Source: Paramoeba atlantica
Taxonomy: Eukaryota; Protista; Discosea
Length of the DNA stretch: 64,000 nt
Reading direction: 5' to 3'
NCBI GenBank assembly: GCA_977017575.1
Contig: CDRNVI010000087.1
Location: 310,001-374,000, forward strand
The notes under the pieces are model-generated. The model was not told the DNA's origin and did no database searches. It saw nothing but the letters and a program-made list of their open reading frames with translations. Positions 11,381 to 22,509 of this stretch are shown in pieces; position 1 is the stretch's first letter; each line of letters opens with the position of its first letter. Position numbers and translations under genes: made by a program.

Positions 11381-11610
11381 ACAACACCAGAACAGATATC
11401 CCCTTACCTGTGTACTTTTTTTTCCCACCCGCCTCCCCTCAATCAAATGCGGACGTCCCTTTCGTCAGTCCAATTTGCAAGTTTATATACACACAATGGT
11501 TCATGCGATAAAGAGTTGTAAACATCTATAAACAGCTGTATACCAACGTGTTCAATTATTACGAAACAAAAATATGATTATTACGCGCAAGACTTTACTA
11601 TTTTGTTATA

Positions 11611-13182
11611 CAGGGGGTGGCACGAAAATATGGGGGGGGGTCAAAAATCGTATAACTTGCCCAATTTTGGAAAGTAGCACCGCATTCGAGAGCTCTCGCA
11701 GAGATACGTGTCACCTGATATTGCGTTTCCCGCGTTTTTAATTTTTTTTATTTTGGACGAAAGAATACGTTTTCGGAACTTGCAATTTTCTTCAATTTCA
11801 CCGATTTTTTCGAAATTTTAGGTATTTTCCTTCTATTTTTTTATCTTTCCACCGCGTTATGCCACAGAAACGGGCTTATTCAAATAACAAGGGTGTACAG
11901 CACCGTGATCGGCATTGTTACAGTCCTCGTGGACAGCTTAAAGTCACCCACCGCATACTTTTAGTAAAGAAGTATGAAGAAACTGGGTCCTTTTTTGCCG
12001 TTGCGAGAGAATTTGACTGTCACGAAGACACTGTGAAACGCTGGGTGAGTCGCTATCAAGAGACTGGTGATGTTGAGAGGTCACCCTATCAAGACCGCCA
12101 ATCCCCGACAATGACCCCCGAGCTCATCACTCGCGCATTACATCTAATCGATGATGCGGTCAAAGTCCAGACTTATGGAATTCCCTCTTGGGCAAAACTT
12201 GTTTTTCTCCTTCGGGGGGAAGGTTTCACTTTCTCTCGGCGTTCATTGACACGCACCCTCCGAAAAGAAGGCATCATGTGTCGCACCGTCCGCCGCACAC
12301 CTTCTCTCACTCCAGAACACAAACGCAAGCGGGTGGAGTTTTGCAAGGAGCTCGAAAAGTGGACTCCCCGTGAACTTGAGAACATCGTATGGACAGACGA
12401 AAAGAAGTTCACTTGCGGGGGGAGCAAGAATGCCACTTACCTTTGTCGCCGTACGGACCCCGTGAAGGAGCACGCCGGAGAGCGAGAGAAATGGCTGGGG
12501 GGTGATGGAATAATGATGTGGATGGGTGTGAGTATAAAACACGGTTTTTTGGTTCACGAGTTTCCTAACCGTGATAGTAGCAACAACAAAGTTTCAGTAA
12601 ATGGGCAAGTCTTCAAAGAGGCCATGCTCAAGCGTGGGGAGTTCAATAGTTATTTACGAAGACACCCTGGTGCTGTTGTTGTAATGGACAATTGCACCAT
12701 TCACAATACTACTCGTCGTTTTTTTCAGGATAACGACGTTAAGGTGCTACCTTGGCCTGCAAAGTCCCCCGATTTGACTCCCATAGAAAATATTTGGGGG
12801 ATAATTGATGTCCACAAAAGCTCATTATGCCCCACAAATCGGTCAGAATTGCGATTGGCGATCGCATCTGGGATTGAATTGTTGAAAGGAGAACAGAACA
12901 AAACATTTTTAAACACTTTGAAGACTGTTCCAACTCGTATTAAGATTACATTACAAAAAAATGGAGGTCACTATGGATATTAAATGACACATTTTTCAAA
13001 ATTTCAAACTTGCAATTGCTGTTTTCAGCCCCTTTGGCATAGGGACCTACCCCCCTGTATACGGGAAACGCAATATCAGGTGACACGTATCTCTACGAGA
13101 GCTCTCGAATGCGGTGCTACTTTCCAAAATTGGACAAGTTATAAAAAATTTGACCCCCCCCATATTTTCGTGCCACCCCCTG
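11611..13182 (+). mobile_element. Complete Tc1/IS630-like transposon
   Basis: TA TSDs at 11609-10 and 13183-84; ~120-bp near-identical TIRs starting CAGGGGGTGGCACGAAAATATG. Confidence 0.95.
11859..12983 (+). CDS. Tc1-like transposase, intact, DD32E
   Basis: HTH (VAREFDCHEDTVKRWVSRY), WTDEKKF, MDNCTIH, SPDLTPIENIW; 32 residues between the second D and E. Confidence 0.92.
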   Translation: MPQKRAYSNNKGVQHRDRHCYSPRGQLKVTHRILLVKKYEETGSFFAVAREFDCHEDTVKRWVSRYQETGDVERSPYQDRQSPTMTPELITRALHLIDDAVKVQTYGIPSWAKLVFLLRGEGFTFSRRSLTRTLRKEGIMCRTVRRTPSLTPEHKRKRVEFCKELEKWTPRELENIVWTDEKKFTCGGSKNATYLCRRTDPVKEHAGEREKWLGGDGIMMWMGVSIKHGFLVHEFPNRDSSNNKVSVNGQVFKEAMLKRGEFNSYLRRHPGAVVVMDNCTIHNTTRRFFQDNDVKVLPWPAKSPDLTPIENIWGIIDVHKSSLCPTNRSELRLAIASGIELLKGEQNKTFLNTLKTVPTRIKITLQKNGGHYGY

Positions 13183-13809
13183 TATGTAGTATCTATAAAA
13201 TGAATCGAAGTGCCCCAAGACTAATTACTAAAAGAAACCGCGGTTTCGGTGCGGTTTCACACACCCACCCGCAGCCCCTCGAATGTATAAGGAAGTATTT
13301 GAATCGATACCTGCGTGTATTCGCGTTGAATATTAAGCTTGTGTGATAATATTGCACAGAATGTCTGTTTCTCCTACACGTACGGGCCGTGAACGCGCTA
13401 TAACTCAGAAAATACTTGATTAACCTGTTGATGTGTTATTCCGTACATCAATAAAAGGTGAAAGAAAGATATATGAACAGGGAAGTGTCAAGAAAATATC
13501 GTTTATCGAGGTTATCAATCTCATACATGCTATTCCTAAGCATACAATATGTGAGGGGCTGCGGGTTAGATTTGTGAAACAGCGCGAAACACCGCGAAAC
13601 AGCGGTTTGTTTTTTGGTCTATTAAGCCGGTTGAAGGTCTAAAATTCAATATTCAGGTTCATTTTTTGAATTTGATAATGCGGTTTGTACGCATATACAT
13701 ATTGTATGCTTAGGAAAAAAGCGCAGAAGGGGTAGCCGGGGTCTTGGCGCGTATTTTTCACCCCCCGTACCCGTAATTTTTTAACATTTTTTGAAGTTGC
13801 AGTCGTCAC

Positions 13810-13969
13810 TTTTACCCCCTTTGGCATAGAGACCTACCCCCTGGATACGGGAAACGCATTATCACATGACACGTAACTCTGCGAGAGCTCTCCAATGTGG
13901 TGTTATTTTCCAAAATTGGCCACGTGCTACGAATTTGACTCCCCCCCCACATTTTCGTGCCCACCCCTG
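13810..13969. mobile_element. Solo right TIR of the DD32E Tc1 family
   Basis: Similar to 13030-13182; ends cacccctg-TA. Confidence 0.75.
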
Positions 13970-14184
13970 TATATTGATTGAAGTATGATTGAGGAAATTT
14001 GTAAAGCAACTGATTTAGACTCATGAACAAAAGCATAAATTTTGCAAAATAGTGGCAGACGGTGGCAAATGGTGGCAGGCAAAACCATAAACTTCTGCAG
14101 TACATCCATTGAACAACGCAATCCATCATGTTCACAAATCTTGTCTGCCAAGATTGCTCTCGGTTGCTGTGTACCTCGCCAAAC

Positions 14185-14966
14185 TTAACACACTGGGGCG
14201 CAACGTTCCTCTGCACTTGTGAGGTGTGGGGGAATGAAATTTTTAGCGTCGCGACACTTGGCTAGTTTCCAGTGGGTGCGCCCCATGTCGTGACCTTTTA
14301 CTTCCGTCACAGGGGCGAACCACCATCCAAATTTACGGGTCCGTTTCCCCCGATGATATTTCCTTGTGCCAATAAAGGTCTCGTCTGCTTGCACCTTTGA
14401 AAAATTGTACGTACTCGTTTCTTCTTGGAAAAGAGCCGCATTACCCAAATGGCTTAGTATCTTTTCAACTGTCTTGCGCCGTATTCCATGATTCCTTTGC
14501 GATTTGACCCATACACAAATTGTTATTTATATCCCCTCGCAGAGGTAAGAGATTTCCGGGTGTTAAATGGGTCCGGGCGCTGATGTATGGTTCGTACTTC
14601 GAACATTTAATGACTAAATTTTAATCGATTCGGCTCTCCATTACCTCGAAAGTACAAACCGACACGTGGCTTTTTCCGGGCACATCCTCCATGTACAAAA
14701 TTCTATGGCCACAGCAAGCGGGAAGACGCAAAAGGCCGTGGCTCTCCACAGTGTACTGCGTTCTCCCCTTGCGCGATCTCCCCGAGACTTCGCCAGTATC
14801 GGACGCAAGAGAACCCAGGGCAACCTGTGCATACTGGCCTGACCTCAGCATTGTGCCACGTTTCCGGTGCAGTGTTTAATTCACGTGATGCTTCAGCCTC
14901 AAATGCTACCTCGAAACGTAAGGAAATGTGTTCGCTTTCACGGTGTGACGGAGTATTGCTGTTCAT
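14185..14966 (-). pseudogene. Merlin/IS1595 (ISXO2-like) transposase remnant
   Basis: VQADETFIGTRKYHRGKRTR...WW motif (14185-14448); Cys-containing upstream fragments; frameshifted. Confidence 0.65.
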
Positions 14967-15263
14967 TTTTACGGAAAGCTAAAAGAGCGCTTAATAACAT
15001 ATAATCTAACTTCTCATCGAAGTAAACCACTGTCCAGCTTACCATACCCCCCGTTGAGAAGGTCGTTCAACTTCTACAGAAGTTAAAAACTTCCACCGCG
15101 TTTAACGAAGCGACTAAAAATGAAAAATTGGCTAAGAAAGCGGAAGAAAGCGGAAGGATTAGTACCAATATAGCCAATGTTTTTAACGAAAAATAGGGTA
15201 AAATAATTAATGTGACCAACAAATTGAAGATTCCATAAAAAAATACATATAATTTTTGGTTTC

Positions 15264-15998
15264 ATGTTTCGGCCCATTCATGCCGCGGATATTCCAGCGC
15301 CGCAAATAGCAAGACGTGCAGCAAAGGTGAGTATAACAAATCTTCCACAAGAATTCCAACTTGAGCAAGTTGTACGCAATGTTGAAAATCCGAATTCATC
15401 ATGGACAACATCTACTCCGGCCTGTAAGTGGAGTGGTGTCGATTGTAACAATACCGATAGTGTAATGTCCATAACGTGGTGGTCGAGGAAATTAAAAGGT
15501 TCGTTAAACTACAGTCATCTGCCCGAAACGATGCACATCTTTTACGCTAATGTTAACGAACTCTCCGGTGAAGTGCCACTTGAAACGTTTCCTCCGAAGC
15601 TGCGTACGTTAAGCCTTCGCAACAATCAGTTGAGTGGAACATTGGACCTGACAGCTCTCCCTCCTAATTTAAAGACTTTGGTTCTTTCTGGTAACCAATT
15701 TACAGGAGAAGTTTGCCTGACCAAATTGCCGTCGGAGCTTCGATACCTTTATCTCGGCAGGAATATGCTATCCGGAGACCTTTGCTTCAGAACACTGCCT
15801 AAAATGGTTATACTCCGGCTTGAAGAAAATGATTTTTCTGGAAAAATTAGTCTTAGTAGCATTCCATGCTCATTGGAAGAGTTAAATTTATCAAACGACA
15901 TAAATCTTTGCGGTAAGGTAAAAGAATATCATATTTCCCCATTGCTGCGCTCTGGCCTGAGGATTGAGAACACAAAGATCACACGTTCATTAAAATAG
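15264..15998 (+). CDS. Small LRR protein, copy 3 (subfamily A)
   Basis: RRAAKVSITNLPQEFQL, SWTTSTPACKWSGVDC, 23-aa LRRs, IENTKI C-cap. Confidence 0.88.
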   Translation: MFRPIHAADIPAPQIARRAAKVSITNLPQEFQLEQVVRNVENPNSSWTTSTPACKWSGVDCNNTDSVMSITWWSRKLKGSLNYSHLPETMHIFYANVNELSGEVPLETFPPKLRTLSLRNNQLSGTLDLTALPPNLKTLVLSGNQFTGEVCLTKLPSELRYLYLGRNMLSGDLCFRTLPKMVILRLEENDFSGKISLSSIPCSLEELNLSNDINLCGKVKEYHISPLLRSGLRIENTKITRSLK

Positions 15999-16492
15999 CT
16001 TTTCTTTTAATTTGTGGACAAATTCTCAAGTTCTTTTGTTTGCTTTATATTCCTTACAAATCTAATATATTATTATTATAAATTTATAACTACTTGTAAA
16101 ATAATATTACAATAATATTATTTTTGTCTGTTCGCCTCATATCGTGCCAATTGTAGGCGTTTCAGAGAAAAACCATCACTGTTTCAGTGTAGAAATGCGA
16201 TAAGATACATTAGAATCGTGCACTACCGTGCGCTGCCATTTTTCATGATGGCCATCTTTTTGGGAGGGCTGTATCAAATAATGTACGCCTTGTCACTAGG
16301 TTTAGTAGTTTACTTCTGGTGTAAAATCAGTGAATTATGCTTTTTATATGCTTTGCCCGTAACACAGAATCGTGACGCCCACTGTACCATTCCCCCTGAA
16401 AAAGAAAAAAACATTCGTCTCATGCCCTGTCGTCCATGTATCAGCCTCCTAGCCTCACACACACTTTGTCAGTGAAAAAATTGAAAAATTGA

Positions 16493-17374
16493 TTGAATTC
16501 AAGAAAATATATCCTTTTTATCTTTCCAGAACGTTTGAAGTCTTTTTACCTTTCCCATTCGATATTTTCTATGAGGCTTATTGCACTTTCGAGCGATGTT
16601 TCGCTACCACGTTCTGACCACCCTGTCACCTCTGTATCAACGGTAAGTCAGACAATACCGAAAAACACAAACAAAGTACGTGCGGGGAAAGTCAGCGCAG
16701 TAAATTTACCACAAGAATATCATTTAGCGCGTCTTACTGAAAATGCGGAAAATAAACACGCTTCGTGGAGTACAGACACACCAGCTTGTAAATGGGAAGG
16801 GATAAAGTGTAATGAACAGGGCGAGGTAGAGTACCTCTTTTGGGTTAGGTCAGCTTTCTCCGGCATTTTGCATTTTGATCATCTTCCACGGTCACTGACG
16901 GGTTTGCGCATATACAATACTAAATTTAAAGGGGAGGCTGCATTGAGTTCTCTCCCCAAGGGTCTTGTTGATGTCTTTGTGACTTGGAATGAGTTTAGTG
17001 GTCCGTTGGACTTAACCTCTCTGCCTGCTTTTCTAGTCCGTTTGAGCTTAAATGATAATAAATTTACGGGAGGGGTTTGCTTAACTAAGCTTCCAGAGAC
17101 ACTCCAAGAGCTTCGTCTGGCAGATAATTCGCTGACAGGAAGCGTAGACGTGACTGCACTTTCACCGGTTCTACGTAAGATTAGTTTGCAAAATAATGCT
17201 TTTTCAGGGCTAGTTGACTTCTCCCGTCTTCCACCTACGTTAGAAATTATTACATTGGGATGGAATAAAGACCTCCGGGGCACAGTGAAGAGGTCAGAGA
17301 TTTCAACGCGACTGAGATATAATTACAATTTCATCTCCAGTTTCTATGGAACGAAAATTGAAATAACGAATTGA
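16493..17374 (+). CDS. Small LRR protein, copy 4; likely start ATG 16571
   Basis: RAGKVSAVNLPQEYHL, SWSTDTPACKWEGIKC, about 5 canonical LRRs. Confidence 0.85.
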   Translation: MNSRKYILFIFPERLKSFYLSHSIFSMRLIALSSDVSLPRSDHPVTSVSTVSQTIPKNTNKVRAGKVSAVNLPQEYHLARLTENAENKHASWSTDTPACKWEGIKCNEQGEVEYLFWVRSAFSGILHFDHLPRSLTGLRIYNTKFKGEAALSSLPKGLVDVFVTWNEFSGPLDLTSLPAFLVRLSLNDNKFTGGVCLTKLPETLQELRLADNSLTGSVDVTALSPVLRKISLQNNAFSGLVDFSRLPPTLEIITLGWNKDLRGTVKRSEISTRLRYNYNFISSFYGTKIEITN

Positions 17375-17474
17375 CAGTGAAGCTTTTCTTTGCTTCATAC
17401 TAAAAGTGAGGAACATTAATTTTGGATCATAATGATGGAAGTGCTTTATTCGTACTTTATGTTGTACAATATTA

Positions 17475-19408
17475 AACCACCGTCCGGGTTATTATACCTA
17501 GGAGGTATAATAAGTGTCCCTAGGTATAATAAGTGTCCCTAGGTATAATAACTTTTCTTTGCGAAAAAGGGTAAAAAAAATTTCGCGCCGCTTCGCGGCG
17601 AGTACGTCTTTACATTGCCCACAAACTCGCATGATACATTGGCTAGTTTTCCTCTTGTGCCTGTGAAAAATAATCATGAATTGTACTTCGAAAACGTGCT
17701 TGAGTGGGGTGAGGCGCGGGGGTAACTTCGTTTTCTGTAGCTTCGGGGGTGAAAGAATATGAAATGCCACGAATATGAATGTTTTCGTGGTTGCTATACC
17801 CCAACTGGTTAAAATTCTTGACAATATCAATTTCATATAGGGTTTCTTGGTGGGCTTCACCCATCCAACGCAACATAAGTTCTGCACCTGCCTTTGATGC
17901 GATCTTTCTGTGCCCCTGTTGTAACCAGGGTTGATAATGATTTACGGAGTACTCATGACGAAATCTAGCAGCGTAGCTTACATCAATGGCCTGGAGAAAT
18001 TGTGTCATGCCACCGGGTATGACCCCCAATAACATAAATTCACCCATTCTATTTTTCGCAAGATCGGTCAAATGTCCTCTGGCGCTATCAAATATACTCA
18101 AGCATACTTCATCATTAGACAAAAGTGGAGCAATTTGACTCTTCATGAAAGGTATCACGTGCTTGGCCATCAGAGATCCAGTAACGACACCCGTTGGACT
18201 CTCGAGGACTTGCCATCCGAACGGGTTGCTCACAGTCCAAGGTTTTTTCGCAGAACGTCGCAGAAGAACAGTACAACGTATTGGCAAAGGAGAATACCCA
18301 GCTCCTCGTTTGATGACCGCAACTGAGGCGATGAAAGAACAGCAACGCCTATCCCAATTGGGGTCCTCCGAAACCATGACGTTCGTGGTTCCGCGTTCGG
18401 AGAGCGTTGAATTGGAGTTCATGCTTCCGCTAAATGAAAAGGGTATTTCATCAAAGTTGATGATTATGGCAATGCACCGAGATAGACGAATAGAGTATAG
18501 AAACTGATGAAACCCTTGAATACAAGCTACGATCTGTTCGTGTGTTTTGGTGGTTCGTCTTTGAACAGACCGCAATACAATACTGTGTCGTTTCTTCCAC
18601 TTTGAAAACCATTTTCTGGTTACAGATTCGCCTTTCAGTGTTCGAGCTTTGAGCTTTGTAGTGGCAACTGAAACGCGGAGGTTTTGCGCTCGAAGACTAG
18701 AGAACCATCTATAAAGCTCAGATCCAACATCGTCTTCTCCAACGTTTTCCCCTCTTAATCTTTTACGACATCCGTCGCCACGGGATGAATTCTCTGTTTG
18801 ACGTTTCCAGCTTTGTAGTTGCGAGCGACCGGATAAAAAGACTCGACCTCGTGTAGTAAGGTACAACTCTCGCTGTAGTTTGGAAAACCACTCTGTCTCG
18901 CCTTGTAGTGAACCTAGCAAGCGCATGGCAGTTCGCTTGTCCTTCATTGATATGTCCGTACGTCTTTGCTTCCCTGCTGGTGATTTTCCCGCGACGGAAG
19001 CATTTTTGTTTTGACAATTTTTTAACCGTGCATAGGATTCAAGAAGATTGGCCCTTTCGACGCCAGACAAAATTTCTGAATTTTCCTCCTCCTCTTGAAA
19101 TATATTAGAGAAATCTACTTCTTCGAGATCAAGGTCATTTTCGTTGTCGGGTGATTCATTCCCTCCATCGCCGAACTCTTCGTTCGTGGTATCGGATTCA
19201 TTGGCATCGCTTGTTTCTGTTTCTCGGTTGCCAGAAATATTATGGAGGGTATCCTCGTAGCACATGTATTAAATGTATGTTCAAATATATACGTATTCGA
19301 TGTTTGATCAGCGGTAGGGGGGGGAGGTATAATAAGGACCCTAGGGACACTTATTATACCTAGGAGGTACAATAGGTGTCCCTAGGTATAATAACCCGGA
19401 CTGTGGTT
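17475..19408 (-). mobile_element. Complete pogo-like transposon
   Basis: TA TSDs; ~30-bp TIR AACCAC(C/A)GTCCGGGTTATTATACCTAGG; subterminal ggtataataagtgtccct repeats. Confidence 0.9.
17643..19265 (-). CDS. pogo/Tigger-like transposase (CENP-B HTH + DDE_1), DD34D
   Basis: ELYRWFSSLR...WFSKWKKRH HTH; NFDEIP, IFDSARGH, IPGGMTQFLQAIDV. Confidence 0.88.
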   Translation of the reverse strand: MCYEDTLHNISGNRETETSDANESDTTNEEFGDGGNESPDNENDLDLEEVDFSNIFQEEEENSEILSGVERANLLESYARLKNCQNKNASVAGKSPAGKQRRTDISMKDKRTAMRLLGSLQGETEWFSKLQRELYLTTRGRVFLSGRSQLQSWKRQTENSSRGDGCRKRLRGENVGEDDVGSELYRWFSSLRAQNLRVSVATTKLKARTLKGESVTRKWFSKWKKRHSIVLRSVQRRTTKTHEQIVACIQGFHQFLYSIRLSRCIAIIINFDEIPFSFSGSMNSNSTLSERGTTNVMVSEDPNWDRRCCSFIASVAVIKRGAGYSPLPIRCTVLLRRSAKKPWTVSNPFGWQVLESPTGVVTGSLMAKHVIPFMKSQIAPLLSNDEVCLSIFDSARGHLTDLAKNRMGEFMLLGVIPGGMTQFLQAIDVSYAARFRHEYSVNHYQPWLQQGHRKIASKAGAELMLRWMGEAHQETLYEIDIVKNFNQLGYSNHENIHIRGISYSFTPEATENEVTPAPHPTQARFRSTIHDYFSQAQEEN

Positions 19409-19589
19409 TATATGGTCCAGCACAATGGTATTACTGGGGTGTCATAATGCATGTATACTTCAAAATATCTGTTTACTAATGTTCTTAGGAGCGTTAGTAG
19501 CCATGAGTAAGATGGTATTGCCAGGGAAGAGCACAAGGAGGTCCCGACCTTCCCTAATTTTGTTTTGCGCCAGAGGCAATCCCATTATA

Positions 19590-20140
19590 AACCCCACCCA
19601 ATGAAAAGTGACCCACCCCTTTTTTTTCGTACAACTATCCGTTTGAGCTGATTTTTGTTGCATTTTGCAGATCTCAGCACAAAGACTTTGCGCGTCAAAA
19701 CACGGAACCAAAAATCTCAAATGTGTGCATCCGATAGACAGATTATCACTTTCTTCACACTTTTCAAGTGACCAATTTCTCACCCTTTCAAGTAAACAAA
19801 TCTTCTCATTGCCTGAGAGATTCATTTTTTTTTATCTGTTTTTGCTGATATTTTTTGCAAACAAGAGATCTCGTTCCCCTAGCGAAGAGCTGCGACGCCA
19901 TTTTCATATTGCCCCCCCTCTCCCCCCTGGCCGCGGAACATGAGATTTTTCGAGTAATATTGTCATGATTGTGTAAGAAAAGATTAAAAAAATATGTTTT
20001 TATTTTTTATTCTTGAAGAGGCCTAAAAACAGCGGGAACGTGCAGATCTCAAAATTTTGAACGACAAAGTGGTGCTGTCACCCCCCTACGCCCACCTGTG
20101 CGAAAAAAAGGGTGGGTCACTTATTCGTTGGGGGGGGGTT
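19590..20140. mobile_element. MITE related to the 46262 Tc1 element (inverted orientation)
   Basis: TA-AACCCC TIRs; both end regions homologous to 46262-46380 and 47490-47602. Confidence 0.8.
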
Positions 20141-20461
20141 TAGTTTTGCAATAGATAAATTATGTGCAATAGATTGCTATATTTTTGCAATAGATAAATT
20201 TAGCGATAGGGAAACAAGGTTACAGTAGTAGTATTGGGAAGGGTGACTCTGGATGAGAGCTCCTGGAAGCGCCTAGAAGCGCCAAGGACCTTTGTCCTAA
20301 ATTTTCGTTTTACGCTTCGTTAATCTTTTATGCTTCAGTTACAGGATGCGGCAATCATGTTATTGGACATTTTTAGCCTACAGAACTATCATGTGTTTTT
20401 CCAATTCTGGACCACCGGAGCCCCCAAGGGGGGCGACTTATTCGTGTCGAGGGGTTTAAAT

Positions 20462-20623
20462 GAGCGGCTGCGGGTGAGGCCCAAGACGAGATCACGTGAG
20501 ATCATGCGAGATCACGTGAGATAACGCGAGTTCTCTCGAGAGCGGATTTGGCTCGGGAGGGTGGTTGGACGACCTGAAAACGAGATCATGCGAGATCACG
20601 CGAGATCGTACCCGCAGCCCCTC
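20462..20623. mobile_element. Sola-like MITE
   Basis: GAG(C/G)GGCTGCGGGT TIRs, 4-bp TSD AAAT on both sides, internal CGAGATCACG 10-bp repeats. Confidence 0.7.
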
Positions 20624-21552
20624 AAATAATACGCAATGTCTCAATATACAATGTCCACTCTTCTGGAAAATGCCCCCACCGAAGAACTTAGCGATATCTC
20701 GCTAAAGAAACGGGATTACTTGCACGAATCAGAGATGAATTTGAGTTCAGCCCCGGGCTATCCTGACGAGCGCTCCATCACTGTGGAACATCTTCGGTCA
20801 GAAATGAAGAAAAAGCATTTAGCTGATTTAACTGACGCTTTCTTTGGTGACGCAAAAACAGCCTATCACCCACCTGGGTCAAAAATATTTAGAAAAAACA
20901 CGAGAAAATAGCATAATTTTACTAAGCACAGCTCTGAAAGGCAATAATGAAAGCCTTTATGATGCTTAAGCGTCATACTTATCGACGCCAAGTCTTAAAT
21001 TGTATAAATACAGTTCCTAAACGCTTGCGCATTGTGCAGGCCGCTCAAGGAGACCATTGTGGGTATTAATATATAGGAATTTATACACATTTTTACCCCC
21101 CCCCCCCTTTTTTTTTTAATTTGCCAACTTTGACCATGCCCACCCAGGACCCAGAGGCAAACAAACGGCGGGAAACGCTCTGGTTTTTCGAGATCTGTTG
21201 AATGCCGAAGGAATTAGGTCAAAAGCTCTTACGGTGCGCTCTGGAGCCTGGGGGGAAACCAGTACCTGGACTGTATATGTATTTTGAAATACTATAGTCT
21301 ATAGTATTTCAAAATATATACTGGTATACTGGTATAGACCAGTATACCATTATAAAGTTTTACAGTGTAAGTTATTTTACCCCTTATGAAAAGGAAAAAA
21401 AGTCGGGCCGGGGGGGAGACTTATGACAAGGGTTCTATTATCGTTAAGATTAAAATTTACAAAAAAATCTACGTACCTGTATTTAAAAATAAACATAGCA
21501 TTGGATTCATCTCCCTCTTTTTCCTTCCTTCCTTATCCTCTCTCCCCTTTCC

Positions 21553-22509
21553 ATGACCTCCACAACGTCTCCCTCCGAGCCTACAAAGCAGACCCCCAAA
21601 CCCTCCCGTCTCACCCAGCTCCTCTCCGACCTTCTCCTCGGCGGTCTCGTCGGGACAATCTCCAAAACCCTCATGGCCCCTATCGAGCGTATCAAACTTC
21701 TTCTCCAAACTATGGAGAGTCACCCCGACATCCTTAACGGGTCCCAGAAACCCTATAAGGGGATTGTCGACTGCGCGACTCGGGTCTACACCGAGCAAGG
21801 CCCCAAAGCCTTCTGGCGGGGTAATCTCGTCAACTGCCTACGCTACGCCCCTCAACAAGGCAGCGCGCTGGCGTTTAACGATTGGATCAATTCCCATTTG
21901 TTTCCCCATTACAATTCCAAAACAGATTTTTGGAAAAGTTTTGCCGTGAAGCTCACCGCCGGGGGCCTGGCCGGGGGGGTCGCGAACACGATCTGCTACC
22001 CCTTCGACTTTGCCCGTACCCGGCTGGCGAGTGATGTCAAAGCGGGGAGGCCGCAGTTTGGGGGGATTGCGGATTGCCTGAGCCAAACGGTGAGGGCTCA
22101 GGGGCTGCGGGGGCTCTACACGGGCTGGGGGGTGACGGTCGCGGGGGCGTTCGTGTACCGCGCCGGCCAGCTGGGCTGCTTCAAGCAGATCCAGGAGAGT
22201 AACCCGTGGGCCGGGGACAAGGGGACGAGGGGGGCGGTGAGCGCGTTCGCGGCGGTCACGGTGGCCCGGACCGTGGTGATGCCGCTGAACTACCCGTTTG
22301 ACACCATCCGGCGTCGTATGATGCTGGAGAGTGAGAAACCGAAGGGGATGAGGCGGTATGGGGGGGCGTGGGGGTGTGCGCGGGAGGTGGTGAGGAGGGA
22401 GGGGGTGCGGGGGATGTACAAGGGGATGGTCCCGGAGCTGTTTCGAGGGGTCGGGGGGTCGCTGGTGGTGGTGGCGTATGACCGGATTAAGGTGATTTTT
22501 GAGATGTAG
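21553..22509 (+). CDS. AAC: Mitochondrial ADP/ATP carrier (SLC25/ANT family)
   Basis: Three Px[DE]xx[KR] motifs (PIERIK, PFDFAR, PFDTIR) and the RRRMM ADP/ATP-carrier signature; intronless; eukaryotic marker. Confidence 0.93.
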   Translation: MTSTTSPSEPTKQTPKPSRLTQLLSDLLLGGLVGTISKTLMAPIERIKLLLQTMESHPDILNGSQKPYKGIVDCATRVYTEQGPKAFWRGNLVNCLRYAPQQGSALAFNDWINSHLFPHYNSKTDFWKSFAVKLTAGGLAGGVANTICYPFDFARTRLASDVKAGRPQFGGIADCLSQTVRAQGLRGLYTGWGVTVAGAFVYRAGQLGCFKQIQESNPWAGDKGTRGAVSAFAAVTVARTVVMPLNYPFDTIRRRMMLESEKPKGMRRYGGAWGCAREVVRREGVRGMYKGMVPELFRGVGGSLVVVAYDRIKVIFEM

